Below, piece by piece: positions 7,288 to 15,518 of a stretch of DNA of 15,524 nt. Under the pieces are notes generated by a model that was given only the letters and a program-made list of their open reading frames with translations, ran no database searches and was not told the origin of the DNA. Positions within the stretch are counted from its first letter, which is position 1; each line of letters begins with the position of its first letter. The DNA lies in contig JAYENL010000017.1 of the NCBI GenBank assembly GCA_034722055.1, forward strand, positions 1 through 15,524, in the 5' to 3' direction. The position numbers and the translations under genes were made by a program. This DNA is from Armatimonadota bacterium. GTDB taxonomy: Bacteria > Armatimonadota > Zipacnadia > Zipacnadales > UBA5352.

Positions 7288-7306
7288 CGCCGACGACAGC
7301 GTCAGG
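7283..7306. other. Intercistronic hairpin over the ketosynthase stop codon
   Basis: CCTGACGC-CGACGACA-GCGTCAGG forms an 8-bp stem, extendable by CCG/CGG across a bulge. It has no U-tract. Confidence 0.45.
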
Positions 7307-7354
7307 TCGGGGCACATCAGCGTGCACGTTTCAGTCTCATCGGAGGCTCTCAGG

Positions 7355-9841
7355 GTGGAGATCAAGGAGGCAGCGCTGGCCGTAACGGCAATGGCTGCCG
7401 TTGCCCTGGGCATCGCCGTCTACCAGCGGACGCCGGACCGCGTCTGGAACCGGCTGTTCGCGGTTCACGCTGTCGGCGGCGGGATCTGGACATTCCTCAA
7501 CTTCCTCCTCGAGACCGCAGATACCCCCGGCGAGGCGGAGCTGTGGCTGCGGCTGGCTCATCCCGTCGTGGCCATGGTCATCTGCACGGTGGTGGACTTC
7601 GCCTGGGTCTTTCCCGATCGCATGGAGTACGCCGACCCGGGGCGGCGGACGGTCCTCTACGCCATCGGCAGCTTTTTCGGTGCCGCTGTGCTGGCGCCGA
7701 ACTTCGTCCGCGGCATCGAGATTCGACCCGAGATGATTGCCGTTGACTACGGCTGGCCGTTCGCGGCCTTCGGTCTGTTCACGGTCTTCACGCTGGGCTA
7801 CGCCGACGTCGTGCTGCTGACCAAGGCCATTCGGCTGGAGGGCGTACAGCGGGTGCAGGTGATCTGGGTGCTGCTGGGGCTGGCGGGCAGCCACTTCGTG
7901 GCCAGCCTGGTCATCATCATCATCCCGCTGATCTGGGACACGACCGCCTACAGCGGGTGGGGGGCCAGCGGCTACATCATCACCCTGGCGGGCATGGGGT
8001 ACGCCATCGCCAAGCACCGGCTGATGCAGCCGGACATGGCCCTGCGGCGGCTGGCCAGCGCCATGGTGTCGGCGGGCGTGGTGCTGTCGCTGGGCATCGG
8101 CGGTCTGCAGACCCTGCAGCCGGTGCTGGTGAGCAACCGCGTGCCCATGGACCTGGCCTACGTGGTCATGGGGCTGTTCATGGGCATGGTCATCGTCGTC
8201 ATACACGACAGGGTGGCGGCGGGCATGCGGCGGGTGCTGTCTGTGAGCACCGATCCCGCGTCGGTGCAGGCCGAGGCCTCCTCGCACATCCTGCGCACAC
8301 TGGACGCTGCCCACCTGGTGGACTACCTGGTGCAGGCGCTGGCGGACGCGCTGGAGCCCACCAACGTTGTGGCTTACACGCGGGAGGACGGTGGCGGCAG
8401 GCTGGCCCCCAGGGCCTCGGCGAAGGCGGACCGACGGATAGAGGAGGCGAAGCCGCGCGCACCGCTGGATGTGGGCAATCACCTGGTGCGCGTAGTGGCC
8501 GAGAGGGACTCGCCGCTCACGCGCGACCACGTCTATCGCTTCGAGCCCCTGGAGGAGGCCAAGCGCCTGGCTCTGGCCATGGGTGAGCTCGATGCAGAGA
8601 TAGTGGCCCCGATGATGTGGGAGGACGAGCTGATCGGGCTGGTGACCATCGGGCCGGCGATGTCCGGGGACATGTACACGGAGGATGACATCCGGTTCGT
8701 GAGCGAGATGGTCCTGCAGGCATCTCTGGGGCTGCGGAACGCTGAGCTCTACGCTCAGACGGAGGAGCTGAAGGACTTCAACGAGCGCATCCTGCGGCAG
8801 ATGGACAACGCTGTCGTGGTGAGCGACCCCGATGAGCAGATCGTGGTCTTCAACCAGGCCGCCCAGCGGCTGTTCGACATCCCTGGAGCCAAGGCCATCG
8901 GTGCCAGCATCGACGTGCTGCCGGAGGGCATCGCCAACTGCATGCGAGCCAGCCTGGGCAGCGGGCGGATCCTCTCCAGTCAGCACTTCGAGATCGAGCA
9001 GAAGGATCGGACCCTCCCGCTGGCGTGCAGCACCTCTCCGCTGGCCGGGGACGGGGAGGGCCCGCAGGGGGCGGTGGCGGTGATCAGCGACCTGACGCTG
9101 ATCAAGGAGCTTGACCAGGAGCGGCAGGCGGCGGAGCGGCTGGCCCTGATCCAGGTGATCTCAGCGGGCATGGCCCACGAGATCCGCAATCCGCTGGTCG
9201 CCATCCGCACCTTCGCGGAGCTGGCGCCCAAGCGGCTGGACGACCCGGACTTCCGCTCCAACTTCCTGTCGGTGGCTCAGGAGGAGATCAAGCGAATCGA
9301 CAAGCTGGTGGGCGATCTCCTCACGCTCTCCAAGCCCGCTGACGCCGTAGTGGAGCCGGTGGACCTCGACCAGATCTCTCGCCAGGTGGTTCGCTCCATG
9401 GCCGGCGTGGCGGAGGCCAAGGCCGTGACCGTGGAGCTGCAGGTGGCGGAGCTGGAGAGCGTGCCGCGGGGCGATCCATCGCGGCTGCACCAGGCGCTGC
9501 TGAACCTGGTGCGCAATGCGATCGACGCCGAGCCCAACAACGGGCAGGTGACCATAGCGATCGAGGGGGCCACTGATGCGAAGGGGCGCAGGGCGGCCGT
9601 CATCCGCGTGCATAATCCCAACAGCTACATTCCCCCCGACGACATCGAGGAGATCTTCCGGCCGTTCATGAGCAAGAAGCCCTCGGGAACGGGCCTGGGG
9701 CTGGCGATATGCCAGACCATCATCGAGGAGCATGGCGGGGAGATTACCGTGGAGTCCAGCCGAGAGGGGGGAACCGAGTTCGCGGTGGTTCTCCCACTGG
9801 CGCGCTCGAGGACACCCATGATGACGGCCGGTGATCGCTGA
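7355..9841 (+). CDS. Membrane sensor histidine kinase (multi-TM/7TM-like N-terminus, GAF, PAS, HisKA, HATPase)
   Basis: About 290 aa with many hydrophobic helices, GAF (IVAPMMWEDELIGLVTIG...YTEDD), PAS (ILRQMDNAVVV..FNQAAQRLF), H-box AHEIRNPL, N-box LLNLVRNA, F-box IFRPF and G2 GTGLGL. Start placed at GTG 7355 (GGAGG 8 nt upstream). Confidence 0.92.
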   Translation: MEIKEAALAVTAMAAVALGIAVYQRTPDRVWNRLFAVHAVGGGIWTFLNFLLETADTPGEAELWLRLAHPVVAMVICTVVDFAWVFPDRMEYADPGRRTVLYAIGSFFGAAVLAPNFVRGIEIRPEMIAVDYGWPFAAFGLFTVFTLGYADVVLLTKAIRLEGVQRVQVIWVLLGLAGSHFVASLVIIIIPLIWDTTAYSGWGASGYIITLAGMGYAIAKHRLMQPDMALRRLASAMVSAGVVLSLGIGGLQTLQPVLVSNRVPMDLAYVVMGLFMGMVIVVIHDRVAAGMRRVLSVSTDPASVQAEASSHILRTLDAAHLVDYLVQALADALEPTNVVAYTREDGGGRLAPRASAKADRRIEEAKPRAPLDVGNHLVRVVAERDSPLTRDHVYRFEPLEEAKRLALAMGELDAEIVAPMMWEDELIGLVTIGPAMSGDMYTEDDIRFVSEMVLQASLGLRNAELYAQTEELKDFNERILRQMDNAVVVSDPDEQIVVFNQAAQRLFDIPGAKAIGASIDVLPEGIANCMRASLGSGRILSSQHFEIEQKDRTLPLACSTSPLAGDGEGPQGAVAVISDLTLIKELDQERQAAERLALIQVISAGMAHEIRNPLVAIRTFAELAPKRLDDPDFRSNFLSVAQEEIKRIDKLVGDLLTLSKPADAVVEPVDLDQISRQVVRSMAGVAEAKAVTVELQVAELESVPRGDPSRLHQALLNLVRNAIDAEPNNGQVTIAIEGATDAKGRRAAVIRVHNPNSYIPPDDIEEIFRPFMSKKPSGTGLGLAICQTIIEEHGGEITVESSREGGTEFAVVLPLARSRTPMMTAGDR

Positions 9842-11828
9842 GATGACCATCGCGGTGCTGGCGGACGTGAGTGGGGAATGGGCTCGGCTGCTGAGGGAGG
9901 CGATGGGTGACAGGGCCACTTTGCTGCAGGCCCAGAGCCCGGAGGCCACCGTGGAGCTGCTGCAGTCGGTGCCCGCGGATCTCATCGTAATGGAGATGCA
10001 GAAGCTCGTGCAGGGGCGGATGGCGGCGCTGGAGCGGGTGCAGCAGCAGGCCCCGGAGGCGGTGGTGCTGTGCATCGCCCCGGACGAGGTGATTGAGCGG
10101 GTGCGGTTCGAGCAGCTTCCGGCCCCCGACATGTGGTTGCGAACGGAGGGGGACCCGACGGACCGGGAGGAGGTGCTGGAGGCTGCCCTGGAGCGGGCGC
10201 GGCTGCGCGGCGAGGTAGGTGAGGCGTATGACGATACGGAGCGGGCCGGGGTGGTGACCGAGGACGAAGCGGACCGCGGCTCCGACCTGAAGGCCTTCCG
10301 GCGGCTGATGGGAGGGGTGGAGGGCGGCTTCGACCTCGACCGCCTGCTGGAGGCCTACGTGGACGCCGTCACGCACTTCATCCAGTGCGCCAGCTACTGC
10401 CTGCTGTGGGAGCGTGACCAGGGGGACCTGGCCGTCCGCTGCCAGCGGGGCATCCGCTCTGAGGTGGTGGAGGGCGCGCGCCTGCGGCCCGGAGATGCTC
10501 TGCCCACGTGGTACCGGCGCAATCGGCGCGTGCTCACGGTCGGGGAGCTCTCGTCGTGGTCGGATCGGAAGCTGGCCGCTCGGATCAGTCGGGAGATGGA
10601 CCTCTTCGGCGCTCAGGTGGCGCTGCCGTTGATGGTGCGGGGCCGGCTGGCCGGCATCCTGATGCTTGGGGAGAGGGTCCTCGGGGAGCAGTATCGCAGC
10701 AACGAGATCGAGGTGCTCTTCAACGTCTCCAGCCACGTGGCGCTGTCCGCGGAGGGCATCGAGCTGCACCAGGAGCTGGGGCGGTCGAAGGCCTACGCCG
10801 ATCGCATCGTGGAGAGCATGGGCGCGGGGCTGATCACGCTGGGGCCCGACGAGCGGATAGCGGTGTGCAATCCCTACGCGGCTCGGGTCCTGAAGGTGGA
10901 GCGCAGGGAGGTGGAGGGGGCGGACCTGCGGGCTCTGCCCTCGCCGCTGGGGGACATGCTCTACGCGGCTCTGGCGGACCCCGACGGGGGCACGACCTCC
11001 CAGGAGGTCAGCATCCGGGGCGGCGAGGCCACGCTGCGAGTCACGACCTCGGCGCTGCTGGACGAGGGCGGTGAGATGCGTGGAAGTGTGCTGATGCTGT
11101 CGGACATCACGGCCGAGAAGGAGCTGGCGCAGGAGCGCAGCCGGCGCGAGAGGCTGGACATGCTGACGAAGATCGTGGGGCGCATCGCACATGAGGTGAA
11201 GAACCCGCTCACGGCGGTGAAGACCTACGCGGAGCTGATGAGCGGGCGGGGGCCGGGCGATGACCGGCTGGCCGGATTCTGGTCGCAGACGGTCCTGCCC
11301 GAGATCGACCAGCTCGATGAGATGCTCAAGAACCTCCTGCGGATGGTGGAGCAGCCGGAGCCGAGAATTGAGGCCGCGCGGGTGGAGGACCTGCTGTCGG
11401 CGGCCATCGCGGCCGTCCCCATGTCGGAGGAGATGAAGCAGCAGTCCTTCAACGTGGAGGTCGCGGAGGGCCTCCCGCCGGTGATGGTCGATCCCACGCC
11501 GACCCGTGACGCGCTGTCCTACCTCATGCAGTACCTGGCGGGCTCGCGGCCGTATGTGGTGCAGGTGCGGGTGGGCCCCGACACCGATGACCCGGGGGGC
11601 GTGGTCGTAGAGATGACGCGGCGCACGCGCGAGGACGGTCAGTTCAATCCCGACACCGTTCTCGATCCGCTGGCGGCCATTCAGAACCCCGAGATGGATC
11701 TGGGACCGGTCATCAGCCAGAGAATCATCGCCAATCAACATGGCCGAGTCGAGGCCTCGTGCGAGGAGGGGCGTGTCACCATGCGCGTGATACTGCCCCG
11801 CTCCGGGCAGATGGGCCAGACCGGCTAG
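9831..11828 (+). CDS. Cytoplasmic pseudo-receiver-GAF-PAS-HisKA protein with degenerate ATPase domain (probable pseudokinase)
   Basis: Receiver-like N-terminus (IAVLAD...ADLIVME), GAF (VALPLMVRGRLAGILMLG), PAS (IVESMGAGLITL..CNPYAARVL) and H-box AHEVKNPL. N, G1 and G2 boxes are absent or degenerate. Start is GTG 9831 (overlapping the upstream stop) or ATG 9843. Confidence 0.85.
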   Translation: MIAEMTIAVLADVSGEWARLLREAMGDRATLLQAQSPEATVELLQSVPADLIVMEMQKLVQGRMAALERVQQQAPEAVVLCIAPDEVIERVRFEQLPAPDMWLRTEGDPTDREEVLEAALERARLRGEVGEAYDDTERAGVVTEDEADRGSDLKAFRRLMGGVEGGFDLDRLLEAYVDAVTHFIQCASYCLLWERDQGDLAVRCQRGIRSEVVEGARLRPGDALPTWYRRNRRVLTVGELSSWSDRKLAARISREMDLFGAQVALPLMVRGRLAGILMLGERVLGEQYRSNEIEVLFNVSSHVALSAEGIELHQELGRSKAYADRIVESMGAGLITLGPDERIAVCNPYAARVLKVERREVEGADLRALPSPLGDMLYAALADPDGGTTSQEVSIRGGEATLRVTTSALLDEGGEMRGSVLMLSDITAEKELAQERSRRERLDMLTKIVGRIAHEVKNPLTAVKTYAELMSGRGPGDDRLAGFWSQTVLPEIDQLDEMLKNLLRMVEQPEPRIEAARVEDLLSAAIAAVPMSEEMKQQSFNVEVAEGLPPVMVDPTPTRDALSYLMQYLAGSRPYVVQVRVGPDTDDPGGVVVEMTRRTREDGQFNPDTVLDPLAAIQNPEMDLGPVISQRIIANQHGRVEASCEEGRVTMRVILPRSGQMGQTG

Positions 11829-11839
11829 GAGGTAAGGTA

Positions 11840-13465
11840 ATGGGTGCCAACATCCTGGTGGTGGACGACGAGGCGGGACCCAGAGAGTCCCTGCGCATGA
11901 TCCTGAACGTGAAGCACCAGGTGCGCATGGCCGCCAGCGGCCAGGAGGCGCTGGAGATGGTCGGCAAGGAGCAGCCGGACCTGGTCTTCCTTGACATACG
12001 CATGCCCGAGATGGAGGGCACCGAGGTGCTGCGGCGCATCAAGGAGATGGCGCCGGACGTGGAGGTGGCCATGATCACCGCCTACGCCGCGGTGCCCAGC
12101 GCCCAGCGAGCCATGCGACTGGGGGCTCTGGACTACATCACCAAGCCCTTCGGCGTGGCGGAGGTGGAGGCGGTGGTGGAGCGGGCGCTGGCCAAGCGCC
12201 GGGAGGAGCGCGAGGGCCGGCTGCTGCTCGAGCAGCTCTCCAGCACCATCTCGCAGCTCTCCGACCAGCTCGCCAGAACCCGCGGAGAGGGGGATCGAGC
12301 CGACGACGCCCTGGCACGCGACCTGGCCTCGGCTCACAGCTCCATTGAGGGCCAGCTCAACGAGGTCCTGCGGCTCAGCTCCATCGGGGAGGTGGCGGCA
12401 GAGGTCGCCCACGACCTCAACAACTTCCTGTCCACGATTCTGTTCCGCATCGAGATCATGCTCCTGGACCTCGACGAGACCCAGGGGCTCGACCCCCAGA
12501 CGCTGTCCAACGGCCTGCGGCAGATCGCCCTGGCCGCGAGGGACGGAGGCGAGGCCCTGGAGCGCATCTCAGCGCTGAGCAGCTCCAATCCCTATGAGCC
12601 CACGGAGAAGGTGGACCTCAACGACATCCTGCACCAGTCCGTCGAACTGAGTAAGGGCCGCATCGAGGAGCCCGAGCGCTACCGTGTGGTTTTCGACCTG
12701 GAGGACCTGCCGCGCATTGACGGCAGTCCCGCCGGGCTTCGCACCGTCTTCACCAACTTCGTCATCAACGCCTACCATGCCCTGGAGGAGAGCGAGCGGC
12801 CCGGTCAGATCTCTATCCGCAGCTATCGCGACGGCGACCGGGTCGTCGCGGAGGTGGCTGACAATGGTGTGGGGATGTCCGAGGAGGTCCTGGCACGGCT
12901 TCCTGAGCCGTTCTTCAGCACCAAGGGCGAGGGCGGTACGGGGCTGGGACTGACGGTGGCTCACAAGGTCGTGGCCCAGCACCACGGATCGGTCAGCTTC
13001 GACAGCGCCCCGGGTGAAGGCACCACCGTGACGGTCCACCTGCCCATCAGCCAGAGCCTTGCCGTTGATCGGGAGGGGGCGGCCACGGTCATGGTGGTCG
13101 ATGACCAGGAGGGAATGCTGGTCGTCACGCGGGAGGTGCTGCAGAGCAGCGGCTATCAGGTGATCACGTCCAAGTCCGGCGAGGAGGCCCTGAAGCTGTT
13201 CGAGCGGGCGTTGGGAGAGTGCCGAAGCGGGCAGCCGGGTGTGGTGATCACGGACCTGCGCATGCCGGGGATGCAGGGTACGGAGCTGGCCAGGCACATC
13301 AAGGAGATGGCGCCGAGCACGCGCATCATCGTCCTCAGTGCATTCCTCGAAGAGGCCGACCCCGACGACCTGTCAGTGGCGGACCTGGCGCTGGAAAAGC
13401 CGTACGATCTGCACAAGCTGTGCAGCATCGTGGGTGAGCAGCTCTCGCAGACGGCGGTGAGCTGA
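11840..13465 (+). CDS. Hybrid histidine kinase REC-HisKA-HATPase-REC
   Basis: REC1 (ILVVDDE, FLDIRMP, ITA, KPF), H-box AHDLNN, N-box NFVINA, G1 DNGVGM, PFFSTK, G2 GTGLGL and REC2 (VMVVDDQ, ITDLRMP, LSA, KPY). ATG 11840 has AGGAGG overlapping the previous TAG. Confidence 0.93.
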   Translation: MGANILVVDDEAGPRESLRMILNVKHQVRMAASGQEALEMVGKEQPDLVFLDIRMPEMEGTEVLRRIKEMAPDVEVAMITAYAAVPSAQRAMRLGALDYITKPFGVAEVEAVVERALAKRREEREGRLLLEQLSSTISQLSDQLARTRGEGDRADDALARDLASAHSSIEGQLNEVLRLSSIGEVAAEVAHDLNNFLSTILFRIEIMLLDLDETQGLDPQTLSNGLRQIALAARDGGEALERISALSSSNPYEPTEKVDLNDILHQSVELSKGRIEEPERYRVVFDLEDLPRIDGSPAGLRTVFTNFVINAYHALEESERPGQISIRSYRDGDRVVAEVADNGVGMSEEVLARLPEPFFSTKGEGGTGLGLTVAHKVVAQHHGSVSFDSAPGEGTTVTVHLPISQSLAVDREGAATVMVVDDQEGMLVVTREVLQSSGYQVITSKSGEEALKLFERALGECRSGQPGVVITDLRMPGMQGTELARHIKEMAPSTRIIVLSAFLEEADPDDLSVADLALEKPYDLHKLCSIVGEQLSQTAVS

Positions 13466-13480
13466 GCGGGCTCCGGCGCC

Positions 13481-15127
13481 TCACAGGCCGCCCCGCAGGA
13501 TGTTGCGATTGGCCGCGGCCACCATCTCCCCCATCGCCTCCGCGTCGCCGATAGCGCACCACAGCCGAGCCAGGTCCCGGAAGCGCCGCGGGGCCATGCC
13601 GGCGCAGTGGGCGATGAGGGCGTTATCATCGGGCACGGCGGTCAGGATTCCGGCCTCCTCCAGCGCCATGGCGAACTGCGCCGTCAGTCGCGTGAACTCG
13701 TGGAAGTCCATGTCGTTCACGCGGTAGGGCAGCGGCTCCCACATCGACGGCGGGAAGAGCAGCTTGATCTTGTAGTCCAGCGCCACCTCGGTCAGCTCGA
13801 CCGGGTCGAACTCCAGGCCGTACTGCTCCGCATTCGTCCACCACGGCGTGCGCGGCAATATCCCCGGGAACTGCACGGGCACCGAGTCGGGCCGCAGCTC
13901 CAGAAGAAACTCCAGGTTCTGCTGGATGGTCTCCTCGGTGTCGAAGGGCAGGGGGACGATTACGCTGGCGACCACGAAGATGCCGGCGTCCTGGGCCTGC
14001 CGCACCGCATCCTCAACGCCGTCGAGGTCGATCCTCTTGCCGACCGCTCTGTCCAGCACTTCCTGGCTGCCGGATTCGATGCCGAAGAAGATGGCGTAGA
14101 GGCCCGCGTCAGCCATTTGCTGGAAGTGATCGGGGCGGGCGGATGCGAAGTGCCCGAAGCAGGTGAAGCTGACGTCCAGGTCGCGCTGCAGGATCTCGTC
14201 GGCGACCTGGGCCATGAGCCTGCCGGGGGTGGAGGAGCCCGAGAAGCGGAAGGCGGTGATGCCGTGGCGCTGCACGATCCGCTGCATGCGATCGGCGAGC
14301 ATGTCGGCGCTGGCGGTCCTCAGCCGCCTGCCGCTCTCAATCGGGTGTGCGCAGAAGGCGCACTGGTAGGGACATCCCCGGCTGTCGTCAATGACGATGA
14401 TCTTGACCTTCTGATCGCCGACCATCGCCGGGTAGAGAGCCTCGTCGTAGACCGGCTCGGGCAGGTCGTCCATCTCCAGCCCTTGCGCGCGAGGCACCAC
14501 ACGGGCACGCCCCCCCTCCCAGTAGATGACGCCGGGGATGCTGTCAAGTCGGGCGCGTCCCAGGGCGTGCTCGGCGAGGAGCTTGATGGCCCGCTCGCCC
14601 TCACCGTCCACGAGGCATGTGAAGGCGTGAGTACGCCGGAAGATCTCGGCGCCCCACCAGGAGGACTGCGGCCCGCCGGCGTAGATCGGCAGCTTGGGGA
14701 ACTCATCCCGCAACCGCTCGGCGATGATCACGCTTCCGGTGAAGCCGTCGCCGCTCCAGAGCTTCATACCCACGAAATCGGGGCGCGAGTTGCGTACCTC
14801 CTCTGCGACCTCCTCGGCGATGGCCCGCATCTGCTGCTCCTGGTGCTGCTCCAGCACCGCGTCGAGCTCGCGCAGCCGCGCGCGGGCCTCATCGTCCAGC
14901 GGTCCGCCACCGCCGCCGAGCAGGCGCTCGGCCTCAGGACGAAGGCTCTCCGTGAGCTCTCTGGGGAAGAGCCGGCGCATGGTGGCGACGGTGCCGAAAT
15001 CCAGGATGCGCGCCTCCCACCCCTCCTCCACCAGCGCACCGGCCAGATTCGCCAGGCCGTTGTCCGGCGTGAGGCTGCTGGGCGTGTATGGGTATCCTCC
15101 GTAACTGATCAGGAGCGCACCGGGCAT
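13481..15127 (-). CDS. Cobalamin-binding-domain radical SAM protein
   Basis: N-terminal B12-binding-like region (GLANLAGAL, PDFVGM, IYAGGP, GEGE, IPGV, DDLPEP), SRGCPYQCAFC (CxxxCxxC) and FFGIESGS. Start placed at ATG 15127 because the ORF extension to 15442 runs through repeats. Confidence 0.92.
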   Translation of the reverse strand: MPGALLISYGGYPYTPSSLTPDNGLANLAGALVEEGWEARILDFGTVATMRRLFPRELTESLRPEAERLLGGGGGPLDDEARARLRELDAVLEQHQEQQMRAIAEEVAEEVRNSRPDFVGMKLWSGDGFTGSVIIAERLRDEFPKLPIYAGGPQSSWWGAEIFRRTHAFTCLVDGEGERAIKLLAEHALGRARLDSIPGVIYWEGGRARVVPRAQGLEMDDLPEPVYDEALYPAMVGDQKVKIIVIDDSRGCPYQCAFCAHPIESGRRLRTASADMLADRMQRIVQRHGITAFRFSGSSTPGRLMAQVADEILQRDLDVSFTCFGHFASARPDHFQQMADAGLYAIFFGIESGSQEVLDRAVGKRIDLDGVEDAVRQAQDAGIFVVASVIVPLPFDTEETIQQNLEFLLELRPDSVPVQFPGILPRTPWWTNAEQYGLEFDPVELTEVALDYKIKLLFPPSMWEPLPYRVNDMDFHEFTRLTAQFAMALEEAGILTAVPDDNALIAHCAGMAPRRFRDLARLWCAIGDAEAMGEMVAAANRNILRGGL

Positions 15128-15343
15128 GGGATCAGCTTCTCTTCTCAGGGAATGGCATATCGAGGTTGGCCCGCTATCAATGAGGATTCGCTGTGATGCC
15201 AGCGGGCACCTGCATCGAGCCCGCGCGATGAGGCAACGGCCATGCGCCTGGGGCGCATCCCACAGACGCAGAGGTGCCGTGCCGTTTGGGGGGCCGGTCT
15301 CCGTCCCGTCCCGGCCCTCGTCGTTCCACGTTAGTCCGACGAC

Positions 15344-15518
15344 AACGGGCGCACGGACAGGAGTGTGCGTACCACGCAACGTCCCAACTGCGGCGGGCGG
15401 GGGCGCCCGCCTCCCATTCTTGTGCAATGGTTGGACGGTCACAAACGGGGTACGGACAGGGGTGTCCCTGCCACGGAACGGCGTGGCTTGCAGTCGTCGG
15501 GCTGGAAGCCCGATCTAC
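15344..15518 (-). repeat. REP-like mosaic: family B (15344-15376, 15444-15475) alternating with family A-like hairpins (15392-15414, 15497-15518)
   Basis: aacgggcgcacggacaggagtgtgcgtaccacg aligns with aacggg-gtacggacaggggtgtccctgccacg. The A-like hairpins are GGCGGGCG-GGGG-CGCCCGCC-TCC and TCGGGCT-GGA-AGCCCGA-T-CTAC (minus strand GTAG-A-TCGGGCTTCCAGCCCGA). Confidence 0.65.

Noticed and set aside
7337..15196. Long antisense ORFs (7337-8986, 9744-11741, 13607-15196 and similar elsewhere)
   Set aside because: They mirror motif-rich genes on the opposite strand and have no recognisable motifs. Such shadow ORFs are expected in high-GC coding DNA.
15259..15284. Possible third copy of repeat family B (cccacagacgcagaggtgccgtgccg)
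   Set aside because: Too degenerate to distinguish from chance by eye.
15128..15442. N-terminal extensions given by the ORF track (also 2626-2793, 3085-3279, 11759-11839)
   Set aside because: The extensions cross repeats, promoters or neighbouring genes. Downstream starts coincide with domain boundaries and mostly have better RBSs.
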